Source: Octopus sinensis
Taxonomy: Eukaryota
Length of the DNA: 64,000 bases
Assembly: GCF_006345805.1 (NCBI RefSeq)
Contig: NC_043013.1
Coordinates: forward strand, 56,296,001-56,360,000
Direction: 5' to 3'
In this document: positions 41,605 to 54,548 of the stretch, piece by piece
Position numbering within the stretch: the stretch's first letter is position 1
How the letters are laid out: each line of letters starts with the position of its first letter
The notes under the pieces: generated by a model
Told to the model about the DNA's origin: nothing
The model's database searches: none
Seen by the model: the letters and a program-made list of their open reading frames with translations, nothing else
Program-made: the position numbers and the translations under genes

Positions 41605-42414
41605 GTGTATATACTCTCTAGTATTGACACAGCTCTACCAGGTTGTTTATTCATTCCTATGTATTTTCTATTACATTTTGATGTACAATAAGATCACTTG
41701 TTACAATATTCCAATGGGTTAATTAATGATTCACTACATTTTGTAATTGTGACAGTGACAAGAGAATGTCAATGTCAAGGCAGAACAAATATCTCAAAGG
41801 ACTTCATTAGTAAAGCCTCAAGATTTTCACAATTTCTTTTGGCAATGCCATGCCAATATACTTCTGTGTGAGATACGCACATACACACACATTTGCAACC
41901 ATGCAAACACATGGTCACACACTCATACACGTATGTGCATACATATACATATATACATTGCAGAACATGTGGAAAAATGTGCCTGTGTGCATATAAGAAA
42001 TAGAAACGAGGACACCTGACAGGCGGAACAATTGGAAATGAACCCCACTTCAGCTGCCTAACATGGACTGCTGGTAATTTTGACATCACAGATAGAACTG
42101 AATACCTTAGGAGCATGATAACCATTATGTATGTATGTGTGTATATGTATGCATGTATAGATATATATATATACATACATACACATACACACATATGTAT
42201 ATACATAACTGCGGATATATATATATATGCATACACACACATGCAAGCATACATAATACATACATACATACATACACACATACATACATACATACATACA
42301 TACATACATACATACATACATACAAACATACATATACATGTTTGCATTTGTTTTTATAGCTGAATCACTATCAGATGTTTCAGTTAAGGTGAGAATCAAA
42401 GGACCTTAGAGTTA

Positions 42415-42890
42415 ACCTAGCAAAAACCAGTCTTCGTAAGTAGGAAGGCAGACAAATCACAAGTCCCTTCAGATAGACGGCCTTGCTTGCTTCTTAGGAA
42501 AGGCGTAGGTAGAAACTCCAAAGGATGTAAACAGTATAAGCTATGGACACATAAGAGGTGCAACAATATCAGAGGAAGGTAAACTGGGAAGATAGATTTT
42601 GTGTGTGGAAGGTGCACAGGTACAATAAACTCTGAAAATGTACAGAAAATAGACTGCATCAACTGCCATGTGGGTAAGACAGAGATAGTAGATAGCTTTC
42701 CCTATCTGGGCGACCAAGTTTGTAGTGGAGGTGGATGCTCCAAGAGCGTAGCTGTGAAAATAAGAATAAGCTGGGCAAAGTTCAGAAAGTTCTTACTTCT
42801 GCTGGTAACAAAGGGCCTCTCCCTCAGAGGGAAAGGCTGATTGTTTGATGCCTGTTTGCAAACAGCTATGCTACATGGCAGTGAAATATG
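42415..42890 (+). mobile_element. Older internal fragment of the same RTE family (Zn finger and post-RT region)
   Basis: Colinear with 48690-49140 (KGVGRNS..KLWTHKRC..FVCGRC..VDSFPYLGDQV..SWAKFRK). Confidence 0.85.
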
Positions 42891-43149
42891 TTTCCTTATA
42901 TTCAAATTTTCTGCTGAGGAAATATTTGCCCCAAGTGTCATGCAGTGGGACTGAACATAGAAACACCTTAATTGCAAAGGTAACTTCTTAACTATGCTGT
43001 CATATTTCAGGTTCACTGCACTTACAACTCATCCCTGTTATTAAGACATATACCCACCCTTGGGTCGCTTGTTCATTTAAGATAGCTACAGTGTTATTTT
43101 TATTTACTCTTTGCAATAATTAATTAAAACAACAAATCCATCCATCATT

Positions 43150-43735
43150 TTGAATCAGGGTTTTGTCCCCATTAACGGGGGTGGCTGGATCTACCTCAGT
43201 GCCATAGCAGCCGCCCTTACACCATCTCACCATCTTTTGGGCATCATCCCTTCTCAAGCCAACTCTCCCAATCCCCCCCTCCAACTGTCCCCTCTACATT
43301 TTCCTCAGTCTACCTCGCTTTCTCAGTCCATTTACCTCAAACTCCAGTGCCCTCTTCAGAACATGCTCCTTGTCCTTCCTCAACACATGCCCATACCACC
43401 TCACTCCATTCACCCTTACCAGCCATTCCACCGATTCCTCCAACCCCAGCATCCCCATCAAGTCCTCAGTCCTCCTCTTATCAAACAGCTTCACCCCACA
43501 CATTTCTTTCACCATTGCTCTCTCAGTCCATCTCAAAATTGCCACCTCTCTCCCCCCTCAAACACCATGTCTCACTCCCATACAGCATTGCTGCTCTCAC
43601 AAAACTCCCATAGACCTTTCCTTTCGTTTTAATGAGAAACTTTTCCCAATGCCTCACATTCCCTGAACTTCACCCAGCCAAGTCTGACTCTTGCTGTCAC
43701 AGCTGCTTCACATCCACCACTTACACATCCACCCT
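43150..43735 (-). mobile_element. 3' fragment of a different RTE-clade LINE
   Basis: Minus ORF LRWTERAMVKEMCGVKL..VRWYGHVLRKD..LEFEVNGLRKRGRLRK, a typical RTE C-terminus. Confidence 0.8.
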
Positions 43736-43849
43736 ATCTCCCAAATAACAGATACAAAAAAGCCTCATGATTATTAGAACAACAAATGATGATCATAATT
43801 GGATACAAGTGTACTTCGTCCTTAAATTACAGGTGTGAATAAGGTGGCA

Positions 43850-44045
43850 AGTGATCAGAATGGTTACTGTGTTAGGAAAAATGCTTGGCTGTATTTCTTT
43901 TGACTTTACATTCTGAGTTGAGATCGACTTCGCTTTTCATTCTAACAGGGGTTGATAAAATAGATACCCATTGGACACTGGGGTTGATAAAATCCTCTTA
44001 TCCCACCCACTGAAATTGCTGGTCTTGTGCCTAAATTTGGAATCA
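43850..44045 (+). mobile_element. SINE family B, diverged
   Basis: AAGGTGGCAAG..AAATGCTTGGC..TCTGAGTTGAG..GGGGTTGATAAAAT..GGTCTTGTGCCTAAA. Confidence 0.65.
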
Positions 44046-46185
44046 AATTAATGGTGTAAACAGTGCAGACGCACTGATTGATACATACACAGACACACAC
44101 ACATACACAAACACAAGCACACACATGTAAGCACAAACACACGCTTATAGAAATAGTGGGTAATACAATGTCAAATGATGTCTGTATCTGCTCTGTTATA
44201 CATACATGTGTGTGTGCGTGTGGGCATGTGTTTATGCCTGGGTGTGTGTCTATGCTTGTGTGTGCATATAAGTGCGAGTGTATATGCATGTGAAAGTGTG
44301 TGTGTATGTGTGAGTGTGTGTGGGAGTGTGTATGGGCATGTGTGAACGTCTGTATATGTATATACATGTCCGTGTGTCTCTGTTTGAGTGTGTGTATTTG
44401 TGTGTGTGAGTGAATGTGTGTGTACATGTGCTTGTGTGTGTGTGTGTATGTGTGTGTGTGCGTGTATTAGCTATTGCTGAAAAGAAGCAGTCTTTGAAAC
44501 GAATATAAATTAGCACATCTGACCAGACTTGGATGTTTTGTTTATAATGTTGTCAGTTGTGGTGGTTGTCCTAAAAAAAAAATCATCTTGTGTAGATGAC
44601 AAATGCTAAAAGCATCAAAATTCCATCGGTTGATTAAGTTTCATCTGCACCAGCAGATGGCACCACTGTGCCACGTGATTTCAGCATATTGTGAATGATC
44701 AGCAGCAGGAACCCAAGCACCAAATGTACCAGGCTGAAAATCAGTCAAACTGATTGCGAACAACATTGGCCAAACAGGGATGTTGTGAAGAACTGGTGGT
44801 TTGTGTATAAATTAGTCATTTGACGAAGCGTTGGCACCTTTCAGGATTTCTTATCTACAAAAAAGATATTTTAGAAACATTCACCACAGACTATGTCATT
44901 GAAAACAACACATCCAGTGTAGGTTGGATTTGCTAAGTGATATAAATATATAAATCACCCTCTGTCCTGTCTCTATCTCTGTTCCCTTCATTTCCTCCAA
45001 TGTCAGAAGAATGGTGAAATGAAAGGAATAGATTTTAGATGAAATTTTAAAATTTTGAGTTATGTCAGTCAAAAACGTCTGTAAAGAGGATGAAATAGTG
45101 CTATCCATGGTTACAAGTGACTCTATGGACGTTATCTCAAGAAAAAATAAAAGAATTATGTGGAAATATACGTTGGCTCTTGTCACTCTTTGATTTCTCA
45201 ACATAGTACAATTAAAATTCAAAGTGATCCCTTCCCCCCATAAGCAGCATGCCTCTGTAAATATTTCATTTCATACAAATATATGAATATGAATATGTTG
45301 TCCAGCATAAAATTTCTGTAAAGGTTTGCGGTCGTGTGCATAATTTTTTACACTCATAGAAAATTATGCACACGACCGCAAACCTTTCCATCTCAAATCT
45401 TGCCTTTCTTACTGCCGCCTAAATCTCGTCTTCTCCCAGTGCGCAATGTCGTTTTTGCCCCTCTGTTATCACCATGTCTCTCTCCCTCCCTCTCTCTCTC
45501 TCTCTTTCTCTGCGGTGTCGTTTTCTCCCTCTGTTATCGCTGTCTCTCTCTCTCTATATATATATATATATTTCACTTTCACTAGCTGCCACAGGCTTCT
45601 ACCCACACCTCCGTTCCCCCTCCCCTATAAAACCCTACGCACATCGCTGTCTCTCTCTCTATATATATATATATATATTTCACTTTCACTCGCTGCCACA
45701 GGCTTCTACCCACACCTCCGCTCCCCCTCCCCTATAAAACCCTACGCACGAGGCTTGACCGCCCTTATTATTGCTTTCCTCCTGGCTATAACACACGAAC
45801 TACGAACTGCAGGATGATGAATAATATCAGCTAAGTCATATTTAAGTTCACGACCTGTCCCTCTTTCATTGTTTTTGCAAGTATTATTATCACCATCAAG
45901 CCTTATTATTGTGTCCCCCATATATTATCGTTATCCTTCGTCTCAAATGCTAGCTGAAGCATATAAACTTTCGCTCACAAAAACTTATTCACAGGACCGC
46001 AAAAAAACGTCTCGTCTCAAATCTGGTCTTTCTGTCGCTTAATTCTCTAACCCATCTTTCCCAACTTACACTCATAGAAAATTATGCACACGACCGCAAA
46101 CCTTTCCATCTCAAATCTTGCCTTTCTTACTGCCGCCTAAATCTCGTCTTCTCCCAGTGCGCAGTGCGCCCGCCCTCCCGCCCCC

Positions 46186-46267
46186 ACCACCAGTACCGGA
46201 AGTCCTTATCTCACCACCAGTACCAGAAGTCCTTATCTCACCACCAGTACCGGAAGTCCTTATCTCA
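46186..46267 (+). promoter_or_regulatory. 27-bp tandem repeat x3 with ETS-type CCGGAAGT motifs, next to GC boxes
   Basis: CCACCAGTACC(G/A)GAAGTCCTTATCTCA x3, preceded by CCCGCCCTCCCGCCC; CpG-rich relative to the window. Function is inferred. Confidence 0.35.
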
Positions 46268-46448
46268 CCTTGCCTTCCTTTGCTTTTCTTCCATGAACAC
46301 CTAAAGGCCTTAAACCAATACCACCCCTTCTATATATGGTGGTGACCATACGGCGCAAAAACATGTTAGTGCAGTGTAACAGGTTGAACTTAAGTTCATT
46401 GCTTTGCTTATGAATTCTGCCAAATGCGAGTTTTCTTCTTCTTTTCAG

Positions 46449-49400
46449 GTACATGACGGCACTGCTCCCCGTCCCTGGGCCTCTCGGGTCAATTCCTTCC
46501 ACCCCCTCAGGGTGGGCACCCTCAACGCTGGCACACTGAAAGGTAGGTCTGGCGAGATAGTCGAGATGCTTGAACGGAGACGTGTTGACGTATGTTGTAT
46601 GCAAGAAATAAGGTGGAGAGGAGGATCTGCTAGGTTCCTCGCAGGCAAGGAACACAGGTACAAGATTTTCTGGGCAGGGAACACTGACGGGGTTGGTGGC
46701 GTGGGTATACTTATCGCTGAGAAATGGATAGATAGAGTAATTGAGGTAATCAGAGTAAGTGACAGAATACTTAAGATTAGAATAGTGCTTCATCATAGAT
46801 TAGCAACCATTATATCGGCCTATGCCCCTCAGCCAGGGCTACCCGATGGACAGAAAGACAGTTTCTATGACACCCTACTGCAGACCACCTCATTGACGAA
46901 CGACAGGGACCTTCTCTTTGTGGCTGGTGATTTCAATGGGCATGTTGGACGACATGCTGGGGGCTTCCATGGCGTGCATGGAGGCTACGGTTATGGTTCC
47001 CGCAACGAGGAGGGAACCAGGCTGCTGGAGTTCTGCGATGCGAATAGTCTTATGATCTGCAACACTAACTTCAGGAAACCAACAAGCCACCTGGTCACCT
47101 ACCGATCGGGCCGGCATGCTAGCCAAATCGCCAGAAAAAGGGAAAGATGGCTGCTTATAAATGCCAAAACCTTCCCGGGCGAAGAATGCACCCCACAACA
47201 TAGACTGGTAGTTAGTGACTTTAGGATCAGGACTAAGAGGGCGACTAGAAGACGACCAACATGGAGAAGAAGGGTCTGGAAGCTTAAAGACCCTGCGAAT
47301 GGACAGAGATTTAGAGATATGTTACTTGAAGCCTTTGACGAAGTGGAAGGGGGTATAGCTACACATGGGGTAGAAGACAACTGGACGTTTCTGAGGGACA
47401 ACCTGCTGAAAGCCGCTGACCAGATCTGTGGCTGGTGCAAAGTCCCCTTAAGACCCAAAATAACATGGTGGTGGAACAATATTGTTGATAGGGCTATTAG
47501 ACAAAAGAAACAGGCTTGGAAGGCCTGGAAGAACGGTGGTAGCAGGGAAGTGTATCAGACTGCCAGAAGGGAAGCTAGGAGACAGGTCTATCTAGCCAGA
47601 GGGGAAGCAGATAAAAGAAAATTTGCCAATGTCCTGCGCCGTGAGGATGAAAGACTTGAGGTATTTCGTGTTGCAAGACAGTGTGTGAGAGAGAATCGAG
47701 ATGTGGTAGGAGAGAAATGTGTTCGCATGGAGGATGGTTCACTTGCGTTAAATGAGGATGCAAAGAGAGAAGCTTGGAGACGCCACTATGAAAGGTTGCT
47801 GAATGAGGAAAATGAATGGGATAAAGAGAGTCTGCCGAATGTTGACCCAACAGAGGGACCAGCTATCCGAGTTGATAGTTCCGTGGTAGCTAAGGCAATT
47901 AGAAGCATGAAGACAGGGAAAGCCCAGGCCCATCAGGAATTACTGCAGAGATGCTCAAAATATCTGGTAGTGTCGGCTATAGCATAGTCACCCGTATAGT
48001 TAACCAGGTGATACACGAAGGAGTCATACCCAATGACTGGTGTAGCAGCATAATAGTCAACTGCTACAAAGGTAAAGGCGATGCCCTAGATACAAATAAC
48101 TACAGGGGCATCAAGCTGTTGGATCAGGAAATGAAGGTTACGGAGAGGGTTATAGCCCAGTTAATTAGAGAGAGAGTTACCTTAGATGATATGCAGTTTG
48201 GGTTCGTGCCAGGGAAAAGTACTACTGATGCTATATTCCTGGTAAGACAGCTGCAGGAGAAATACCTAGCCAAAGGTAAGCCCTTGTACCTGGCTTTTGT
48301 TGACTTAGAGAAAGCCTTTGACAGGGTCCCCCGATCCCTTATCTGGTGGTCAATGAGGAAACTAGGGATAGATGAATGGTTAGTGAGAGCTGTGCGAGCC
48401 ATGTACAGAGACGCAGCTAGTAAGGTGAGGGTTGGCAACGAGTACAGTGAAGAATTCCGGGTAGAGGTTGGGGTCCACCAAGGTTCAGTCCTCAGCCCCC
48501 TTCTATTTATCATAGTCCTCCAGGCAATAACGGAAGAATTTAAGACAGGATGCCCCTGGGAGCTCCTATATGCTGATGACCTTGCTCTAATTGCTGAGTC
48601 ACTATCAGAACTGGAGGAGAAGTTTCAGGTGTGGAAACAAGGATTAGAATCGAAGGGCCTTAGAATCAACCTAGCCAAAACCAAAGTCCTAATAAGTAGG
48701 AAGGTGGACCAACCACAAACGACTTCAGGTAGATGGCCCTGCTCGATCTGTAAAAAGGTGTAGGTAGAAACTCTATAAGGTGCACCAAGTGTAAGCTATG
48801 GACACATAAGAGGTGCAGCAATGTCAAAGGAAGGCTAACTAAGAAAATTTTTTGTCTGTGGCAGATGCTCAGGAGAAATAAACACTGGAAATGTGCAGAG
48901 TCCAACTTCTACCACGTTCCAGGGAGACAAACTAGAAGTAGTTGATAGCTTCCGCTACCTAGGAGACCAAGTCAGTAGCGGGGGTGGGTGTGCTGAAAGT
49001 GTAACTGCTAGAGTAAGAATAGCCTGGGCAAAGTTTAGAGAGCTCTTACCCCTGCTGGTGACAAAGGTCTCTCGCTAAGAGTAAAAGGCAGACTATATGA
49101 TGCGTGTGTACGTACAGCCATGCTACATGGTAGTGAAACATGGGCCGTGACAGCTGAGGATATGCGTAAGCTTGCAAGAAATGAAGCCAGTATGCTCCGA
49201 TGGATGTGTAATGTCAGTGTTCATAATCGTCAGAGTGTAAGTACTTTGAGAGAAAAGTTGAACCTAAGAAGTGTCAGTTGTGGTGTGCAAGAGAGACGGC
49301 TGCGCTTATGGTCATGTGACGAGAATGGCTGAAGATAGTTGTGTGCAAAAGTGCTACAACCTAGCAGTTGAGGGAACCTGTGGAAGAGGTAGACCCAGGA

Positions 49401-49515
49401 AACCTGGGACGAGGTGATGAAGCACGACCTTCGAACTTTAGGTCTCACCAAGGAAATGACTGAAGACCGAGTCCTATGGAAGTGTGCTGTGCATGAGAGG
49501 ACCCGGCAGGACTAG
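46449..49515 (+). pseudogene. RTE LINE ORF: APE endonuclease, reverse transcriptase and C4HC3 zinc finger (frameshifted)
   Basis: Motifs GTLNAGTL, CCMQEIRW, SAYAPQ, GDFNGHVG (APE); NYRGIKLL, QFGFVPGKSTTDA, FVDLEKAFDRVP, GVHQGSVLSPLLF, LLYADDL, FRYLG (RT); C-terminal GRPRKTW..W..AV. About 5-6 frameshifts; stop TAG at 49513-15. Confidence 0.93.
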
Positions 49516-52005
49516 TCAGGCCATATCCCGTGGCCCCTACCTGGGACGTAGTCGATCCACCTGTGCATACCTTCCTCCTTGTGACACTTGTGAAGACCTG
49601 CTGAGGCAAGTGAAAATCAATCAAAATAGATGAACATCAATGGGAATTTGTATCTTTGTGTGGTACCAGTGCCTGTGGCACACAAGAAACCATCCGAACA
49701 GTGGCCGTAGCCAGTACCGCACGCATCGACTGGCCTCCGTGCTGTGGGAACATGGTGGCACATAAAAACACCATCCGAAGACCCGGCAAGACTAGTCAGG
49801 TCATAACCCGTGGGCCCTACCTGGGACGTAGTCAGTCCCACCTGTACATACCTTCCGACTTGTGAAGACCTGCTGAGGCAAGTGAAAATCAAATCAAATC
49901 AAAACAAATCAAAATAGATGAACATCAATGGAATTTGTATCCTTGTTGTACCAGTGCCAGTGGCACACAAGAATCCATCCGAACGTGGCCGTAGTCCAGT
50001 ACCGCTTGTGGTACCAGTGCCGGTGGCACACAAGAATCCATCCGAACGTGGCCGTAGTCAGTACCGCTTGTGGTACCAGTGCCGGTGGCACACAAGAATC
50101 CATCCGATCGTGGCCGTAGTCAGTACCGCATCACTGGCCATCGTGCTGTGGGCACATAACAAACACCATCCGGTCGTGGCCGTTCGCCAGCCTCATCTAG
50201 CACCTGTGTCGGTGGCACATAAAAAGTAGTCAGTACCGCTTGTGGTACCAGTGCCGGTGGCACACAAGAATCCATCCGAACATGGCTGTGTAGTCAGTAC
50301 CGCATCACTGGCCATCGTGCTGTGGGCACATAACAAACACATCCGGTCGTGGCCGTTCGCCAGCCTCATCTAGCACCTGTGTCGGTGGCACATAAAAACA
50401 CCTTCCGAAGACCCGGCAAGACTAGTCAGGCCATAAACCATGGCCCCTACCTGGGACGTAGTCAGTCCACCTGTGCATACTTCCTCCTTGTGATACTTGT
50501 GAAGGCCTGTTGAGGCAAGTGAAAATCAAAGGCCTGTTGAGGCAAGTGAAAATCAAAGGCCTGTTGAGGCAAGTGAAAATCAAATCAAAATCAAATCAAA
50601 ACTAATCAAAATAGATGAACATCAATGGAATTTGTATCTTTGTGGTACCAGTGCCGGTGGCACACAAGAGAAAACCATCCGAAAGTGGCCGTAGCCAGTA
50701 CCGCATCGACTGGCCTCCGTTCTGTGGGCACATGACAAACACCATCCGATCGTGGCCGTTCGCCAGCCTCATCTAGCACCTGTGTCGGTGGCACATAAAA
50801 ACACCATCCGAAGACCCGGCAAGACTAGTCAGGCCATAACCCATGGCCCCTACCTGGGACGTAGTCAGTCCACCTGTGCATACCTTCCTTCTTGTGACAC
50901 TTGTGAAGACCTGTTGAGGCAAGTGAAAATCAAATCAAAACAAATCAAAATAGATGAACATCAATGGAATCTGTATCTTTGTGGTACCAGTGCCGGTGGC
51001 ACACATGAGAACCATCCGAACGTGGCCGTAGCCAGTTCCGCATCGACCGGCCTCCGTGCTGTGGGCACGTAACAAACACCATCCGATCATGGCCGTTCGC
51101 CAGCCTCATCTGGCACCTGTGTCGGTGGCACATAAAAACACCTTCCGAAGACCCGGCAAGACTAGTCAGTCCACCTGTGCATACCTTCCTTCCTTCTTGT
51201 GACACTTGTGAAGACCGGTTGAGGCAAGTGAAAATCAAATCAAAATAGACAAAATAGATGAACATCAATGGAATTTGTATCTTGTGGTACCAGTGCCTGT
51301 GGCACACACAAGAATCCATCAGTGCCGTAGTCAGTGCGGTGGGCACATGACAAACACCATCCGATCGTGGCCGTTCGCCAGCCTCATCTAGCACCTGTGT
51401 CGGTGGCACATAAAAACACCATCCGAAGACCCGGCAAGACTAGTCAGGCCATAACCCATGGCCCCTACTGGGACGTAGTCAGTCCACCTGTGCATACCTT
51501 CCTTCTTGTGACACTTGTGAAGACCTGCTGAGGCAAGTGAAAATCAAATCAAAACAAATCAAAATAGATGAACATCAATGGAATTTGTATCTTTGTGGTA
51601 CCAGTGCCGGTGACACGTGGCACATAAGAAAACCATCCGAACGTGGCCGTAGCGCACAGTACCGCATCGACTGGCCTCCGTGCTGTGGGCACGTAACAAG
51701 CACCATCCGATCGTGGCCGTTTGCCAGCCTCATCTGGCACCTGTGTCGGTGGCACATAAAAACACCATCCGAGCGTGGCCGTCTGCCAGCCTCGTCTGGC
51801 ACCTGTGTGGTGGCACATAAAAACACCATCCGAGCGTGGCCGTCTGCCAGCCTCGTCTGGCACCTGTGTCGGTGGCACATAAAAACACCATCCGAGCGTG
51901 GCGTCTGCCAGCCTCGTCTGGCACCTGTGTCGGTGGCACATAAAAACACCATCCGAGCGTGCCGTTTGTCAGCCTCGTCTGGCACCTGTGTCGGTGGCAC
52001 ATAAA
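49501..52005 (+). repeat. Hierarchical tandem array in the LINE 3' UTR
   Basis: Large units of ~280-630 bp start at ACCCGGCA(A/G)GACTAG near 49501, 49781, 50411, 50814, 51151 and 51429. ~55-60-bp subunits (GGCACATAAAAACACCATCCGA..) occur throughout and in tandem at 51750-52005. GGCCTGTTGAGGCAAGTGAAAATCAAA occurs x3 at ~50505-50585. Confidence 0.9.
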
Positions 52006-53402
52006 AAATCACCACTACACTCTCGGAGTGGTTGGCGTTAGGAAGGGCATCCAGCTGTAGAAACACTGCCAGATCTGACTGGACTGGTGCAGCTTTCGGG
52101 CTCCCCAGACCCCAGTTGAACCGTCCAACCCATGCTAGCATGGAAAGTGGACGTTAAATGATGATGATGATGATGATGATCACTTCTTTTTATATTTTTC
52201 ACTACAATTCACCACAAGAAAAAATTTCAGTTTTTCCTATTGAACTTATATAAATATCAATATATAAACCAGATTTCATTGAATAGTTGTCTGCTTGTTT
52301 TTAATGTTTGGTGGTTTGTTTTCATGCTGTTTATTCTTTGTTTTATTTTGATGTTCCTTACGTGGATTATACAGGTTCTTAGGCAAAATACCTAATCCCA
52401 AGTGGAGTTAGTAGTTATTGGATTAAATATAATTTTATTCGTATAATCCATAAGAAATTATAGTTTAGCATGGTCACGTTGCCATTTTAAGGCTGATTAT
52501 ATTACAACAATATTGACTGATCTCTTTGACACATGCTACAAAATATTTTCCCAACACTTCTGTTTTCTACATGGCAGATGATCCACATCATATTTTTTCT
52601 TTTATGGAACCCTACAACTGCACAGATTTTTATTACTTAACCATTTCTTTCCATGTATCACTTCCAACAGAATCACATTGACATTTTTATTCTTTTATAA
52701 AAATACATTTCGTCAGAAGAGATGGGTCAGTGTTTCAGATATCAGAAGTTTTCTGAACTAACACTAAAAATTCATTAATGAAACTGAAACTGAAAGTAAA
52801 ATACATTAATTAGTTTATCGTGAAATGTTGAACAACGTATACAATGTCAAACCTTCATTAAAAGCAGCTATACCTTTGTGATTTTCCCCAGATGTGGGAA
52901 GTGACAAAGATATATATTTACATGTAGAAAGGTATATATATTTATATATACAAAGATATATATTTATAAAAGAACATCAAGTGCAGTTTATTAAAGAATT
53001 GAATTTTAATATGGAGAAAAACTGTATCATTCAGGGTCCCTTGAAGGTATGGAAATAACTTGTTTGCATAATGTATAGTCAGTATAATGTATATTGCTTA
53101 TTGGGAAGAATTCTAATCAAAGTATTATTATTTTGTTTCATGTGAAATTTGGTGAAGAAATTAATATTAGAGAATGGACAAATATAATGGCATTGAAAAT
53201 AATAGAATTTCTCTGTCTGAGTTTGGATATAAATATATTGCAATCTATTGACTGACTGATTGATACAGGTATCATATGTGAGTATGCTTAACAGTAATAG
53301 CAATGAGCAGTGTGTCAGTGGGAAGCAGTAACATGTTTGCATGTATGTATGCATGTATATGTGTGTGTGTGTATGCATGCATGAATATATGTACGTGTGG
53401 GA

Positions 53403-53470
<68 letters not shown>

Positions 53471-53982
53471 GTGTTTGTGTGTATGTGTATTGCTATAATT
53501 AATGTTTAGGTTTAAATTTAACGTTCAAATTGCATTTTGGGTATGTCCCTAGTAGTCTGCTGGCAAAGCACATTCACTGCATTTGGCTCCCTGGTGTCAT
53601 CCACAGTAATTGCACAGTCATTGCTGGATCTATGTTAGGAATTCCACAGTGCATGTTGAGTGTAGTAGAAACAATTAGTATGGAAGAGAGAATATACTGG
53701 AAACTCTATATATCACAACAGTTGCAGGTGAGAAACAACACAATGAATTCCAATAAACCACACCAGTGCAGGGGAATCTCTTCAGGTGATATAACTTGGT
53801 TTCTCATTAGATAATTGACGTTTTGCTCTTAAGCTTAACCAGAGTATGTTGATAGCAGTCGTATCTAAAATATATATGTGATTTAATATGCATATATTTA
53901 TATGTACATATATTAATGATGTCTATGTATATATATATATATATTTATAATAAGAGTAGATCGTATACGAGTGGGTATATAT

Positions 53983-54548
53983 TTGTAAAAAAGAAGTTTG
54001 AAAACGCCACTATATTAGATAAATTTTAATTTTCTTATGAATTTTACATGTTTCGGTTCTTGAAAAAACGAACCTTATCAAAAATATTATAAAAAGTGTA
54101 ATGGAGAAGAAAAGTGTAATGGAGACGTTCATAATCGTTTCTTACTGGTCTCAATAGAATCCATGTTCTTGAAAAAACGAACCTGATCAAAAATATTATA
54201 AACAGTGAAAATTGAAAAGTTCATAATCGTTTCTTACTGTTCTCAATAGAATCCATGTGGTGGTGTTTTGTCGGTAGTTAGTATAATCGCTATATTCCTG
54301 TTGATTGTATTGAAGAAGTCCATTATTGTTTCTTGCTGGTATTAAAAGGAACCGCTTTTATACCAACTACCAACAAAACACCACCACATGGATTCTATTG
54401 AGAACAGTAAGAAACGATTATGAACATTTCAATTTTCACTTTTTATAATATTTTTGGTAAGGTTCGTTTTTTCAAGAACCGAAACATGTAAAATTAATAA
54501 GAAAATTAAAATTTATCTAATATAGTGGCGTTTTCAAACTTCTTTTTT

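Larger units (their letters stand above)
46404..52180 (+). mobile_element. Near-full-length RTE-clade LINE
   Basis: APE endonuclease plus RT ORF, a long repetitive 3' UTR, and a 3' end CCATGCTAGCATGGAAAGTGGACGTTAAA followed by a (TGA)n tail. The true 5' end was not defined. Confidence 0.93.

Noticed and set aside
46330-46460. HDV-like ribozyme at the RTE 5' end (known in some RTE families)
   Set aside because: No nested double-pseudoknot pattern could be identified by eye; a covariance-model search is needed.
49501-52005. CRISPR-like appearance of regularly spaced repeats
   Set aside because: The intervening sequences are themselves repeats rather than unique spacers, there are no cas genes, and the context is a eukaryotic LINE 3' UTR.
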